A stretch of DNA of 64,000 nucleotides from an uncultured Prochlorococcus sp. (lineage in GTDB: Bacteria; Cyanobacteriota; Cyanobacteriia; PCC-6307; Cyanobiaceae): NCBI GenBank assembly GCA_902536775.1, contig CACAYX010000002.1:4462-68461 (forward strand), given 5' to 3'. The notes under the pieces were generated by a model that saw only the letters and a list, made by a program, of their open reading frames with translations, was not told the origin of the DNA and searched no databases. The stretch's first letter is position 1. Each line of letters opens with the position of its first letter. Both the position numbers and the translations under genes were made by a program. This document shows, one piece after another, positions 44,859-53,034 of this stretch.

Positions 44859-45014
44859 ATGAAAGATCTCATTCAAGCTCACAAAAAATTAATTAAAACA
44901 GTAAAAGAACAAATGGGATTTTCTGATTATGGTATGTATTGGTTAGCTTTCCTGGAAGGGGGGTTAACTATATGGCTGCTGGATAGAATATTTTTCCACT
45001 GGTTAAAGTTTTAA
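44859..45014 (+). CDS. 51-aa membrane protein
   Basis: Hand-translated ...MGFSDYGMYWLAFLEGGLTIWLL. Confidence 0.65.
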   Translation: MKDLIQAHKKLIKTVKEQMGFSDYGMYWLAFLEGGLTIWLLDRIFFHWLKF

Positions 45015-45105
45015 TTTTTATTTAGGTCAAAAAAATTTCTGGAGGTATCAAATAAATTAATTTATCGAAACCATTTGAAAAGTTGTAGGATAGTAAAAAA
45101 CAAAT

Positions 45106-45333
45106 ATGCAATTACTCGGATTAATTATTCTTCTAGCTAGTAGCTGGTATTTATGGAAATTAACATCAAACTTTTTTGATGAACCAACAAAAAAAGAACT
45201 GACTGATAGTTTAAATAACCTCAAAAATAAAATCTCTGAGGGAAAACATAATTTCTCTAAAGCAAAAATAAGCGAAGCTTGGGAAAAGTACAAAGAAGAA
45301 GGTGGTGCCTTATCTAATAAAGAAAAAAGCTAG
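45106..45333 (+). CDS. small TM protein
   Basis: 75-aa ORF with N-terminal TM. Confidence 0.6.
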   Translation: MQLLGLIILLASSWYLWKLTSNFFDEPTKKELTDSLNNLKNKISEGKHNFSKAKISEAWEKYKEEGGALSNKEKS

Positions 45334-45587
45334 TGGACTTTTTTATTATTACAAGTCTCACTAAAGAAATCTCTAGAATTGATTTAATTGGTATTTTGTT
45401 TGGTCATTTAATTTTTGGTGTTGCATTGACACAGCTTTTAGATTGGACTTGGTTAAAGGACCTTATGAGTGAAAAAGATAAAAAAAGGATGCTTAATAGT
45501 TATACATGGAAAGACTTATTAGTAGATGGAGCAATTGTTACGGTAGTTCTAGGAATAATCTTTTTGATAATTAGCATTTTTCTATAA
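45333..45587 (+). CDS. small two-TM protein
   Basis: GTG start overlapping the upstream stop. Confidence 0.6.
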   Translation: MDFFIITSLTKEISRIDLIGILFGHLIFGVALTQLLDWTWLKDLMSEKDKKRMLNSYTWKDLLVDGAIVTVVLGIIFLIISIFL

Positions 45588-45677
45588 ATGAACGTAACTT
45601 ACATCCTTTTAGTGTTTTTAATGATATCAATTGTGATTTTCACTCAAATAATCAATTCCTCCGATAAATCAAAATAA
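45588..45677 (+). CDS. 29-aa TM peptide
   Basis: TAAATG junction; MNVTYILLVFLMISIVIFTQIINSSDKSK. Confidence 0.5.
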   Translation: MNVTYILLVFLMISIVIFTQIINSSDKSK

Positions 45678-45779
45678 ATGACTGAAGTAACTAGTAACTC
45701 CTCAACTGGATGGTACTTAATCGCTTTGGTAAGCACTTTATCTTTTTTAGCCTTAATTTACTTCGGCCAAAAAAGATAG
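45678..45779 (+). CDS. 33-aa TM peptide
   Basis: TAAATG junction; MTEVTSNSSTGWYLIALVSTLSFLALIYFGQKR. Confidence 0.5.
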   Translation: MTEVTSNSSTGWYLIALVSTLSFLALIYFGQKR

Positions 45780-45805
45780 AGTACATTCTGAAAGACTATT
45801 TAAAT

Positions 45806-45843
45806 AAAAAAAGCTCTGCAGCTTCTTGAGATGCAGAGCTTTT
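45806..45843. terminator. bidirectional intrinsic terminator
   Basis: A7-GCTCTGCA...TGCAGAGC-T4 between convergent units. Confidence 0.8.
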
Positions 45844-45861
45844 AATTATTAAGTAACTGGT

Positions 45862-45984
45862 TTATATAAACCTGTTGATTATAAAACCTTTTTTCTTAAT
45901 CAAAGAAAAAGAGACCAATGAATGTGATGAAGATACTGAATTCACGGCCCCTTTGATAACCGTATTTTTCGGTAGATACGACAA
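45862..45984 (-). CDS. 40-aa peptide or dual-function RNA with perfect Shine-Dalgarno
   Basis: AAAGGAGGTGAT then TTG; MSYLPKNTVIKGAVNSVSS...; terminator follows. Confidence 0.5.
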   Translation of the reverse strand: MSYLPKNTVIKGAVNSVSSSHSLVSFSLIKKKGFIINRFI

Positions 45985-46116
45985 TGAATCACCTCCTTTA
46001 CTAATATTTTTCTTAAGATAACTAAAAGAATTAAATAAGGAAAGAAATTCGTTAAAAATTTAAAAGTTTTTTAACAAATTAACGATATAAATCTCTTAAA
46101 AATAAAAATATAGATT

Positions 46117-46782
46117 TTACCAAGGCAAAACTTCTCCGTTGGCATGCCAAAACGTACCCGAGTTATTTTTATTTAAAGAATCTATACGTTTTAAAAGGCC
46201 ATTTGCTGACTCTTCAGGACTAATTCCATTTCTTGTAAAGCCAGTCATTCTTGTACTCACTAACCCAGGATGCAAAATAGCTACATAAATATCTTCTCTT
46301 GATAAATCTATAGAAAGCGATTTTGCTGCCATGGACAAAGCGACTTTAGACATCCTGTAACCATAAGAGCTTCCAGATGTATTATCTTCAATAGATCCCA
46401 TTCTACTTGTGATAAAAGCAACTTTAGAATATCTTTTTAAAAAATGTTTAAGTGATTGAGTCATCCATATTGGGCTCAATGCATTGACTTCAAATTGCCG
46501 CAAAATACTTTTTTTATCTAAGTTTTCGAAAGAATTAAATTCATAAATTCCTGCATTATGAATTAAGCAATCTAAATTAACTCCAGATAGTTTTTTACAC
46601 AAATTTGTTATTGACTCATCAGAAGAAATTTCTATATTCTCTTCAATTCTCACTCCTAAATCTCTCAGTTCTTTTGAAGCTTTCCTACATGTGGCAATTA
46701 CATTATCTCCCCTCTTATGAATTTGCTTACATAGTTCTAATCCAATACCTCTATTTGATCCTGTAATTAGATAAGTCGACAT
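46117..46782 (-). CDS. SDR family oxidoreductase (CsgA-like)
   Basis: TGSNRGIG, HNAG, YRMSK, HPGLVST. Confidence 0.92.
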   Translation of the reverse strand: MSTYLITGSNRGIGLELCKQIHKRGDNVIATCRKASKELRDLGVRIEENIEISSDESITNLCKKLSGVNLDCLIHNAGIYEFNSFENLDKKSILRQFEVNALSPIWMTQSLKHFLKRYSKVAFITSRMGSIEDNTSGSSYGYRMSKVALSMAAKSLSIDLSREDIYVAILHPGLVSTRMTGFTRNGISPEESANGLLKRIDSLNKNNSGTFWHANGEVLPW

Positions 46783-46956
46783 ATCTAAACTAAAAAATAA
46801 AAAAATAATCTAAATCCAAATATAAAAGAAAACGAACTAGAAAAAGAAAAAATTTATAAAATTCCTTATTAGAGTTTTTAAGGTTATGATAGTTTATGAA
46901 ATTTAAAAGATTTTATAAAAGAAAGCAAATATATTTTTATCATCAAAATTTAAAGT

Positions 46957-47163
46957 ATGGAAATTTTAAATCAAGAATTTATACAAGAGATTATTAGGTT
47001 AACTTGGAGAAATCCTGCTTTCATGGCTATAGCTATTGCATTAGTTTGGCTTATCCCACAATTATTTATCAGAAAAATAATGGCAAAAAAATATGAAAGA
47101 AGAAAAATAGAAATTCAGAAAAATAAAATTCAGAAGCTTTACCCAACTAATACTCCTAAATAA
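46957..47163 (+). CDS. small TM protein
   Basis: 68-aa ORF. Confidence 0.7.
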   Translation: MEILNQEFIQEIIRLTWRNPAFMAIAIALVWLIPQLFIRKIMAKKYERRKIEIQKNKIQKLYPTNTPK

Positions 47164-47222
47164 TATTTTTATTTATAAATAATCTAATGAATCAAAAAAT
47201 ACTTTTTGCATCTAAGTAAAAT

Positions 47223-47414
47223 ATGACCTACAAAATAATTAGAATTGATGGGAATGATGACGAATTAACAGCTCAAAGTTTTGATAATTATTCAGATGCT
47301 TACGATTTGTTAGAGGAACTATATGGAGATTTATGTTGTTCAGATGCTGATTATGGAGGAATAACCTATTACGATATTGTGGAAAATAATTTAAAAAATA
47401 TTAATGGAGAATAA
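47223..47414 (+). CDS. hypothetical acidic protein
   Basis: DLCCSDADY. Confidence 0.7.
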   Translation: MTYKIIRIDGNDDELTAQSFDNYSDAYDLLEELYGDLCCSDADYGGITYYDIVENNLKNINGE

Positions 47415-47613
47415 AAAATGGGCTCCCTCCCAAGAAGAAAATTTGGGGGTAATAACGAGTGTATACAAATTAATTAAAGAAGAACTTTCAGAACTTCAAA
47501 AAAAAACTGGATGTCCCGATTTATTTATTTATGATTTTATTGGCAAGATTCAGAATGAGTGGCATCCTGAATCTTGCCACTCCATAGTTAGAAATAAAAA
47601 AAGGAAAAATTAG
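47404..47613 (+). CDS. hypothetical protein
   Basis: LQKKTGCPD...IQNEW; paralogs at 49362 and 57387. Confidence 0.7.
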   Translation: MENKKWAPSQEENLGVITSVYKLIKEELSELQKKTGCPDLFIYDFIGKIQNEWHPESCHSIVRNKKRKN

Positions 47614-47793
47614 AAAATATTAAATCTTCAACTCAAATTTATAAAATTTCTCTAATATGATTTGAATTTAAAATATTAAATCATGATTATTAGAATACTA
47701 GGTATGGTACTTATCCTTGGTACGATTGCATATTATGGTTTAGTTTTAACTGGGCAAAGTAACCTTTAGTTTTTTAACTTTTATAAAATTCTC

Positions 47794-48006
47794 ATGAAAT
47801 GGCCTCCTACTTTGTGTTGGACAGCACCAAAAACTATTAATGGTAATAGGCATTTTCAAGTTAAAACATATGGTGGGAAAAATGAAGATAGATGGGTTGA
47901 TATTTTTCCTACCAAAAATAAAAAAGATATTAAAAGGATCTCATGGGCAAAACTAAAATCAGAATGGACTAGTGGATGGTTAAGGCTCCCAAAAGATAAA
48001 GATTAA
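47794..48006 (+). CDS. Trp-rich protein (TIGR02450-like)
   Basis: WTA...GNRHFQV...ISWAKLK..WTSGWL. Confidence 0.75.
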   Translation: MKWPPTLCWTAPKTINGNRHFQVKTYGGKNEDRWVDIFPTKNKKDIKRISWAKLKSEWTSGWLRLPKDKD

Positions 48007-48093
48007 TTTGTCTATGTAAACAAATATTATTAACCAGAAAACTGTAAAAAATAATACCTAAATCAAAAATAATAACTTCTAAAATTTTTTTAA

Positions 48094-48279
48094 ATGCTGT
48101 TTAATATGAAGTCAGAACCGAAAAAAAAACTCCCTAATAAAAAAGTTAGAAGTTCAGCAAAATTTGAGGCTAAAGAACAATTCACAAAAACTGCATTAGA
48201 AAATTTAAAAACAGAAAATGAAAGACTTGTTAATTCACTAAAAAAATCTGGGGAGATTAAAGAATCAAAAAGAAAATAG
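48094..48279 (+). CDS. hypothetical basic protein
   Basis: Paralog at 44178. Confidence 0.6.
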   Translation: MLFNMKSEPKKKLPNKKVRSSAKFEAKEQFTKTALENLKTENERLVNSLKKSGEIKESKRK

Positions 48280-48330
48280 TCTTACATTATTTAAAATTCT
48301 TTATTATTATATAAGTTTATAGATTGAGAA

Positions 48331-48450
48331 ATGATTGAAAAAATCTCTCTAGCAAATTCTCATTTACCTCAGCTTATTGGGTTCGTACTAATGTCAATTG
48401 GTTACACATTAGGCAATAAATTCTACCTTCCGGAAATCAAACAAAAATAA
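48331..48450 (+). CDS. 39-aa TM peptide
   Basis: MIEKISLANSHLPQLIGFVLMSIGYTLGNKF... Confidence 0.45.
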   Translation: MIEKISLANSHLPQLIGFVLMSIGYTLGNKFYLPEIKQK

Positions 48451-48804
48451 TAATTTATAGTTATGCAAAATATTTAAATTAAATAACATTGAAAATATAT
48501 TCCTTATAAAAATTTTTAAAATTTTATCTATTTTAAAGTAAAAACTTTAAATCTTGTTCTGTAATTCAATTAAGATTAGTCTTAGGATGTTACTGACACA
48601 TAAATGTAACATTAAAGTAATTAAAAATGTGAAATCCGAAGAAAAAGTAAGAATTCATACTAATTTTTTTTTAAATATGTTACATTCTTTAATAATTGTA
48701 GTTAAGGTCTCCTCTGTAAATAAAGCAGAAATGAGGAAATGTTTGATGTATACAAATGTCATTTATTCTTTGGCTTACTAATTGATCACATATGAAATCT
48801 AAAA

Positions 48805-49059
48805 ATGGATGCACTTACTAGTTTTATAGTTGTTATCATCGCAATTACAATTCAATTCTCTTTATACGCCATCAAAAGGTTGCAGGAACCTTTAGAACCA
48901 AATTATTTGAGAGATAAAAATTCGAAAAAAAATAAAAACTACATAGGGAAATTTTGGAAAAATGCGGAAATAACAAATGGGAGATTAGCTATGATTGGTT
49001 TTTTAGCTTTGGTAATAAACTACGGTTTTTTTGGGTGGATAATACCTGGTTTTATTTAA
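48805..49059 (+). CDS. hli: high-light-inducible protein
   Basis: NAEITNGRLAMIGF...IIPGFI. Confidence 0.9.
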   Translation: MDALTSFIVVIIAITIQFSLYAIKRLQEPLEPNYLRDKNSKKNKNYIGKFWKNAEITNGRLAMIGFLALVINYGFFGWIIPGFI

Positions 49060-49157
49060 ACTATCAATACATTAAGATCTTAAATAAAAAATAAATCTCT
49101 CCTTCAAAACAAACTCTCCTTTTAAAAAAAAAATTTTTATTATAAGTAAAAAAGCAA

Positions 49158-49355
49158 TTGAGTAATTCTGATTTTGATAAAAATGGATTGGACAGCAATG
49201 GAATACATTGGCTTCAATATGCTGCTTTTGCTGTCTCTGGTTTTGCTATATTTACAACCTGGGCATTTTTTTATGATGAAAGATTCCACAACTTTATAAT
49301 GAATATTTTCAAGTTTATAAACTGCAGTGGGTTCAACTGTAATGGAGCATTTTAA
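49158..49355 (+). CDS. small TM protein
   Basis: 65-aa ORF ending CSGFNCNGAF. Confidence 0.65.
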   Translation: MSNSDFDKNGLDSNGIHWLQYAAFAVSGFAIFTTWAFFYDERFHNFIMNIFKFINCSGFNCNGAF

Positions 49356-49361
49356 AATTTT

Positions 49362-49544
49362 ATGGCTAATCCAGATCAAAAAACAATATTAATTGATAAT
49401 GCTTTTGAGGAAATAAAAAACATTTGTATAAATCTTCAAAAAGACACTGATGCTTCGGATTCAGAACTTAAAAGTTTGCTAAAACTAATTATGAATGAAT
49501 GGGAAGAAAAAGAAGAACAAAAAACTGGTTTTGGATTCAGGTAA
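49362..49544 (+). CDS. hypothetical protein
   Basis: 60-aa ORF ending KTGFGFR. Confidence 0.7.
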   Translation: MANPDQKTILIDNAFEEIKNICINLQKDTDASDSELKSLLKLIMNEWEEKEEQKTGFGFR

Positions 49545-49652
49545 AGTTCGTCACTATTTAAGAAGAGACTTATGCATCAAATCATTTTAATATGAACAGA
49601 TTTTTTAGTTTAAAAGTTTAATATTTATAATTTACATTTTTTAGAAAAAATT

Positions 49653-49687
49653 AAAAAGGAATGAATCTCAAATAGAAGATTCATTCC
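49653..49687 (-). terminator. intrinsic terminator
   Basis: GGAATGAATCT/AGATTCATTCC 11-bp stem plus T5 on minus strand. Confidence 0.75.
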
Positions 49688-49838
49688 AGATTTAGCATTA
49701 GTTTTATTTAGATTTAAATTTTATAATTTAACTCCTCTGGTGGACTGTCAATCATTAGATCCCTCCTATTCAACAAGTTAAACCTACGCCTTACTTATTA
49801 AGAAAGTAAATCAGTAAAAATGCTGATTTATTATTTTT

Positions 49839-49940
49839 CTAAAATGTTTGAATTAAAGATGCCAATTCTGGTGCATCTAATAAAAGTGCAAAAAATGTAA
49901 GCACAACTAATAAAAATATGGAAAAATAAAATTGAACCAT
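49839..49940 (-). CDS. 33-aa TM peptide
   Basis: MVQFYFSIFLLVVLTFFALLLDAPELASLIQTF. Confidence 0.45.
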   Translation of the reverse strand: MVQFYFSIFLLVVLTFFALLLDAPELASLIQTF

Positions 49941-50040
49941 AATTCAAAATTACTTAAAAAGAATTTTTTAAGTTGTATAAAATAATGCTTTGTTTACATA
50001 ATTAAATATCTCTACCTAGAAATGTTTAATTAGAGAATAA

Positions 50041-50274
50041 TTAAGATGCTTCAGGAGAAAATATCGTCCTATTTTTTTGCCAATACTCACAGCCTTTAAG
50101 TAAATGATCACCCTGTGGTATTCGTTTTTCGTATTTTGGACAGATCAAGATAGTAGCAAAAGTTTCTGTAGTGCTGTAGCGAAAGTGATTGCAAGTAATA
50201 CAAATCTTTGTTCGTTTTCGTTTTAGGGTAGATTCTTTTAGATATTCCCATTTTGACGGATTAACATTGAGCAT
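50041..50274 (-). CDS. Cys-rich putative metal-binding protein in DUF1651 operon
   Basis: CITCNHF...C...IPQGDHL..GCEYW; 2 nt after the DUF1651 stop. Confidence 0.75.
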   Translation of the reverse strand: MLNVNPSKWEYLKESTLKRKRTKICITCNHFRYSTTETFATILICPKYEKRIPQGDHLLKGCEYWQKNRTIFSPEAS

Positions 50275-50276
50275 GA

Positions 50277-50567
50277 TTACTGGAATTTATTAGTAACAAT
50301 TTGCCAACCTCCTGAAATTAATTCATTCCATGTTTCACAAGCACACTCAATAGAATGAAGTCTTGAATTTTTAATTTGGGCTGGTTCACCTAATTCATTT
50401 GCATAGAAAAGATGAGTATATACTTTTAAGTTATTAGATGCAGATTTCTTATAACTCTCAAAAAAAATTAATAAACCACTTTTTTTGTTAAACAACCAGC
50501 CAGTTGGGGGGTCAATAAGGTTGCCACGATAAAAACAAGTCCGAACATTAGCTACTCCTGAAGTCAT
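50277..50567 (-). CDS. DUF1651 family protein
   Basis: GWL...GEPA..K...A.ETWNELISGGWQ. Confidence 0.8.
   Translation of the reverse strand: MTSGVANVRTCFYRGNLIDPPTGWLFNKKSGLLIFFESYKKSASNNLKVYTHLFYANELGEPAQIKNSRLHSIECACETWNELISGGWQIVTNKFQ
50468..50548 (-). CDS. 26-aa hydrophobic peptide nested in DUF1651 (+1 frame)
   Basis: AGGAG-TAGCTA-ATG; MFGLVFIVATLLTPQLAGCLTKKVVY; paralog at 52913. Confidence 0.6.
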   Translation of the reverse strand: MFGLVFIVATLLTPQLAGCLTKKVVY

Positions 50568-50573
50568 TTAGAT

Positions 50574-50587
50574 AATACATTTGTACT
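50574..50587 (-). promoter_or_regulatory. LexA (SOS) box downstream of TTGACG-N17-TATATT promoter
   Basis: AGTACAAATGTATT vs cyanobacterial consensus AGTACWNWTGTACT. Confidence 0.7.
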
Positions 50588-50691
50588 ATTAATATAAGTG
50601 TACTACTCATGTACGTCAAGTATTCATCCAAGAAATTATTTAAATACTAAAATTATTTCCCAGAAATAGTCTGCCGTAAACTCCTTATTTG

Positions 50692-50734
50692 GTAATAGTG
50701 TATACAAGTAGCACCTTGAAAAGGGAAATAAAAT
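50692..50734 (+). promoter_or_regulatory. NtcA-type activated promoter
   Basis: GTA-ATAGTGTA-TAC-N23-TAAAAT upstream of 50759 ORF. Confidence 0.55.
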
Positions 50735-50758
50735 TAAAGAGTATATGCGGAAAATCCA

Positions 50759-50995
50759 ATGTATAGAAATCCTTTCTATTTAGGATGGAATAAAGGTTGG
50801 TCTTTTTTATTTTTTTTAGAGGGTGGCATTGCAAAAATTGAAGCAAAAGGTTTTGGTATATCTATTACAACAAAAGTTGAGAAAGGAGAATCACCCCTAG
50901 AATCTGCGGATAGATTAGTCTCGAAAGAGCAAAGGATTAGAAAATCAAGATATTATTCTTGGGTTAAATCTATTAATGAAAAAACAATAAATTAA
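50759..50995 (+). CDS. hypothetical protein
   Basis: 78-aa ORF, ESPLESADRLV. Confidence 0.75.
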   Translation: MYRNPFYLGWNKGWSFLFFLEGGIAKIEAKGFGISITTKVEKGESPLESADRLVSKEQRIRKSRYYSWVKSINEKTIN

Positions 50996-51064
50996 GCAAT
51001 CCTTCAATTACTAAACTAATTTGTTGACAATCAATTTAAAATAGAAATTAATTATTTATTTTTC

Positions 51065-51322
51065 GTGTCCAATAAATTTTATGAATGGTGGAAAAACCAT
51101 AGAAAAGTTGTAACCTATGGAGCTTTTATCATCTTGTTTGGTTTTTATTTATCTCCTGTTGTCAAAGAAGCGAAATACAAAAACCTATGTATAAAGTACT
51201 CTACTAAAGGAGCTTTAACTAAATTTAATAAGGACGATATAGGAAAAACTTTACTTGAGGAAACAGGCTTGAACATTGATGAACTAGCAAAGATTGAAGG
51301 TTATAAGAATTGCATTAATTAA
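51065..51322 (+). CDS. hypothetical TM protein
   Basis: 85-aa ORF. Confidence 0.7.
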   Translation: MSNKFYEWWKNHRKVVTYGAFIILFGFYLSPVVKEAKYKNLCIKYSTKGALTKFNKDDIGKTLLEETGLNIDELAKIEGYKNCIN

Positions 51323-51353
51323 AAAGTTCGCAAAAATTACGCTGAGTTTTTAA

Positions 51354-51560
51354 ATGATTAAAGGTATGTTTAAACTTATTTTATTAATATTATTATTTGG
51401 ATTTATATCAATAAGTCCAAAAACAAGATATTTGGTTGGCAAAACTCTAAATGAAATTTCTTCATTTCTTATATGGACTGTTAAATATGAAGATAGAGAA
51501 AAATGGATCATAGATAAACCAAGTTGGATACCTAGTCAAAAACTTAAGCCATCAAATTAA
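51354..51560 (+). CDS. small membrane protein
   Basis: Abuts ligase-domain ATG; resembles 40939 ORF. Confidence 0.6.
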   Translation: MIKGMFKLILLILLFGFISISPKTRYLVGKTLNEISSFLIWTVKYEDREKWIIDKPSWIPSQKLKPSN

Positions 51561-52310
51561 ATGAAGACTTATTTAGAAGAACGAATTGAATGGTATGACG
51601 ATAATTATAGAAATGGTAATGCCTTAATATCTGATAAACAGTTCGACCAACTTGAAAAAAATTTACTAAGAACAAACCCTAATTGTGATTACTTTAAAAA
51701 TAAAAATAAACTAGTTTTACCTTCATTAGAAAAGGATTCAATAGATGAATTTTTGAAAGGATTATTAGCAGATACCAGATTATTAATTGAACCAAAAATT
51801 GATGGTTGTGCTATTGCTTTGCAATATAGGGAGGGAACCTTGGAGAAAGTAATTTCAAGAAAAGGGGCAGACGTTACTAGTAAACTTATTAAAGTCCAAG
51901 ACGTTCCCAATAATCTTCCTTTACGAGGAGTTCTTCAAGTTAGAGGTGAATTATACGCACCCAACCAAAGTCCAAATATCTCCCAAAGAATCGCTTCTGG
52001 ATTTCTAAGATCTAAAGAAGGATTTTCTGACAGTCTAAGCTTCTGCGCATTTCAAATACTTAATTCAACACTTAACCAATATGAGTCCAAAAAGAGTCTT
52101 TCAAAGCTTGGCTTCACGATCCCTCAAGATATTTCATGCAACTTTACGAGCCAAGTTGAAGTATTTAGAAAACAATGGCTAGAAGGGAAGCTTTTTAGAA
52201 AATATCCAACAGATGGAATAGTAGTAAAAATAAATTCTAGAAAATTACAATTGATTAGAGAAAAATCAAATTTAGATTATCCTTATTGGCAAGTGGCAAT
52301 AAAACGTTAA
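51561..52310 (+). CDS. NAD-dependent DNA ligase adenylation domain only
   Basis: ISDKQFD (Ia), EPKIDG, VRGE, TDGIVVK, VAIK then stop; no OB/Zn/HhH/BRCT. Confidence 0.85.
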   Translation: MKTYLEERIEWYDDNYRNGNALISDKQFDQLEKNLLRTNPNCDYFKNKNKLVLPSLEKDSIDEFLKGLLADTRLLIEPKIDGCAIALQYREGTLEKVISRKGADVTSKLIKVQDVPNNLPLRGVLQVRGELYAPNQSPNISQRIASGFLRSKEGFSDSLSFCAFQILNSTLNQYESKKSLSKLGFTIPQDISCNFTSQVEVFRKQWLEGKLFRKYPTDGIVVKINSRKLQLIREKSNLDYPYWQVAIKR

Positions 52311-52433
52311 TGGAATTAATACACCAGATTTTTCCTGCTTGGCATATTTACTTGGACATGTTTTTGGTTGGTTTTGTGACTTATGGTTTTCTAAGAATTA
52401 AGAAAAAAATAAAAACTAAATAGAGTTTTTAAA

Positions 52434-52622
52434 TCATCCCTGGTCCTTAAGTATAGATTTAAGTTGTTCGCTATCTAATTGTTCAAGATAATTTCTTATT
52501 GCCAACCAAGATTTTCTGCTTTCTAACTTTCCACTTTGTTTAAATAAATTTTCGGAAACTTGATCTATCAATTCTTTATGAGTCATATTTATATTCTTCA
52601 TCAAGTTCAATGACAACACCAT
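52434..52622 (-). CDS. hypothetical protein (likely start MTHKELIDQ)
   Basis: Paralog at 57153. Confidence 0.65.
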   Translation of the reverse strand: MVLSLNLMKNINMTHKELIDQVSENLFKQSGKLESRKSWLAIRNYLEQLDSEQLKSILKDQG

Positions 52623-52712
52623 TAAAAAATTCTGCTAATAATTTTGATGGGTCTTGTATAGATATCTTTCTATCTACTTTTGATAGTTTCTTTTTGATTG
52701 GATTTAAGTTAG

Positions 52713-53012
52713 TCATAAGGATTCAGGTAATTCAAGTTCTTCAAAAGTCCAACCTTCTAATTGAAGGTCATGCCATTTATCCCAAGCATTATCCAAATAC
52801 ATTTGAGTGGATGATTTAATTGCCGTTGGCTCACCAAGATCATTTGCATAATATGTATGAGCAAAAATCCTCATACTATTTCTTGGAGATTTTTTATTCC
52901 TTACAAATAAAATTAATCTGCTGCGGTCTGGGCTAAGCAACCAACCACTTGGGGACTCATTACGATAACCGTAAGAAAAATTAGTCCAAACATTAGCTCC
53001 TCCTAAAGTCAT
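52713..53012 (-). CDS. DUF1651 family protein (start at 53012 by analogy with 50567)
   Basis: GWLLSPDR...GEPTAIK...AWDKWHDLQLEGW. Confidence 0.8.
   Translation of the reverse strand: MTLGGANVWTNFSYGYRNESPSGWLLSPDRSRLILFVRNKKSPRNSMRIFAHTYYANDLGEPTAIKSSTQMYLDNAWDKWHDLQLEGWTFEELELPESL
52913..52993 (-). CDS. 26-aa hydrophobic peptide nested in DUF1651 (+1 frame)
   Basis: AGGAGG-AGCTA-ATG; MFGLIFLTVIVMSPQVVGCLAQTAAD. Confidence 0.6.
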   Translation of the reverse strand: MFGLIFLTVIVMSPQVVGCLAQTAAD

Positions 53013-53020
53013 TACTTTAT

Positions 53021-53034
53021 AATACATATGTACT
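53021..53034 (-). promoter_or_regulatory. LexA (SOS) box downstream of TTGACG-N18-TATATT promoter
   Basis: AGTACATATGTATT; same layout as 50574. Confidence 0.7.

Noticed and set aside
48554-48781. 75-aa ORF and TGTTAC/GTAACA motifs upstream of hli (similar motifs at 56956-56990)
   Set aside because: ORF looks non-coding; motifs recall RpaB HLR1 half-sites but lack the direct-repeat spacing
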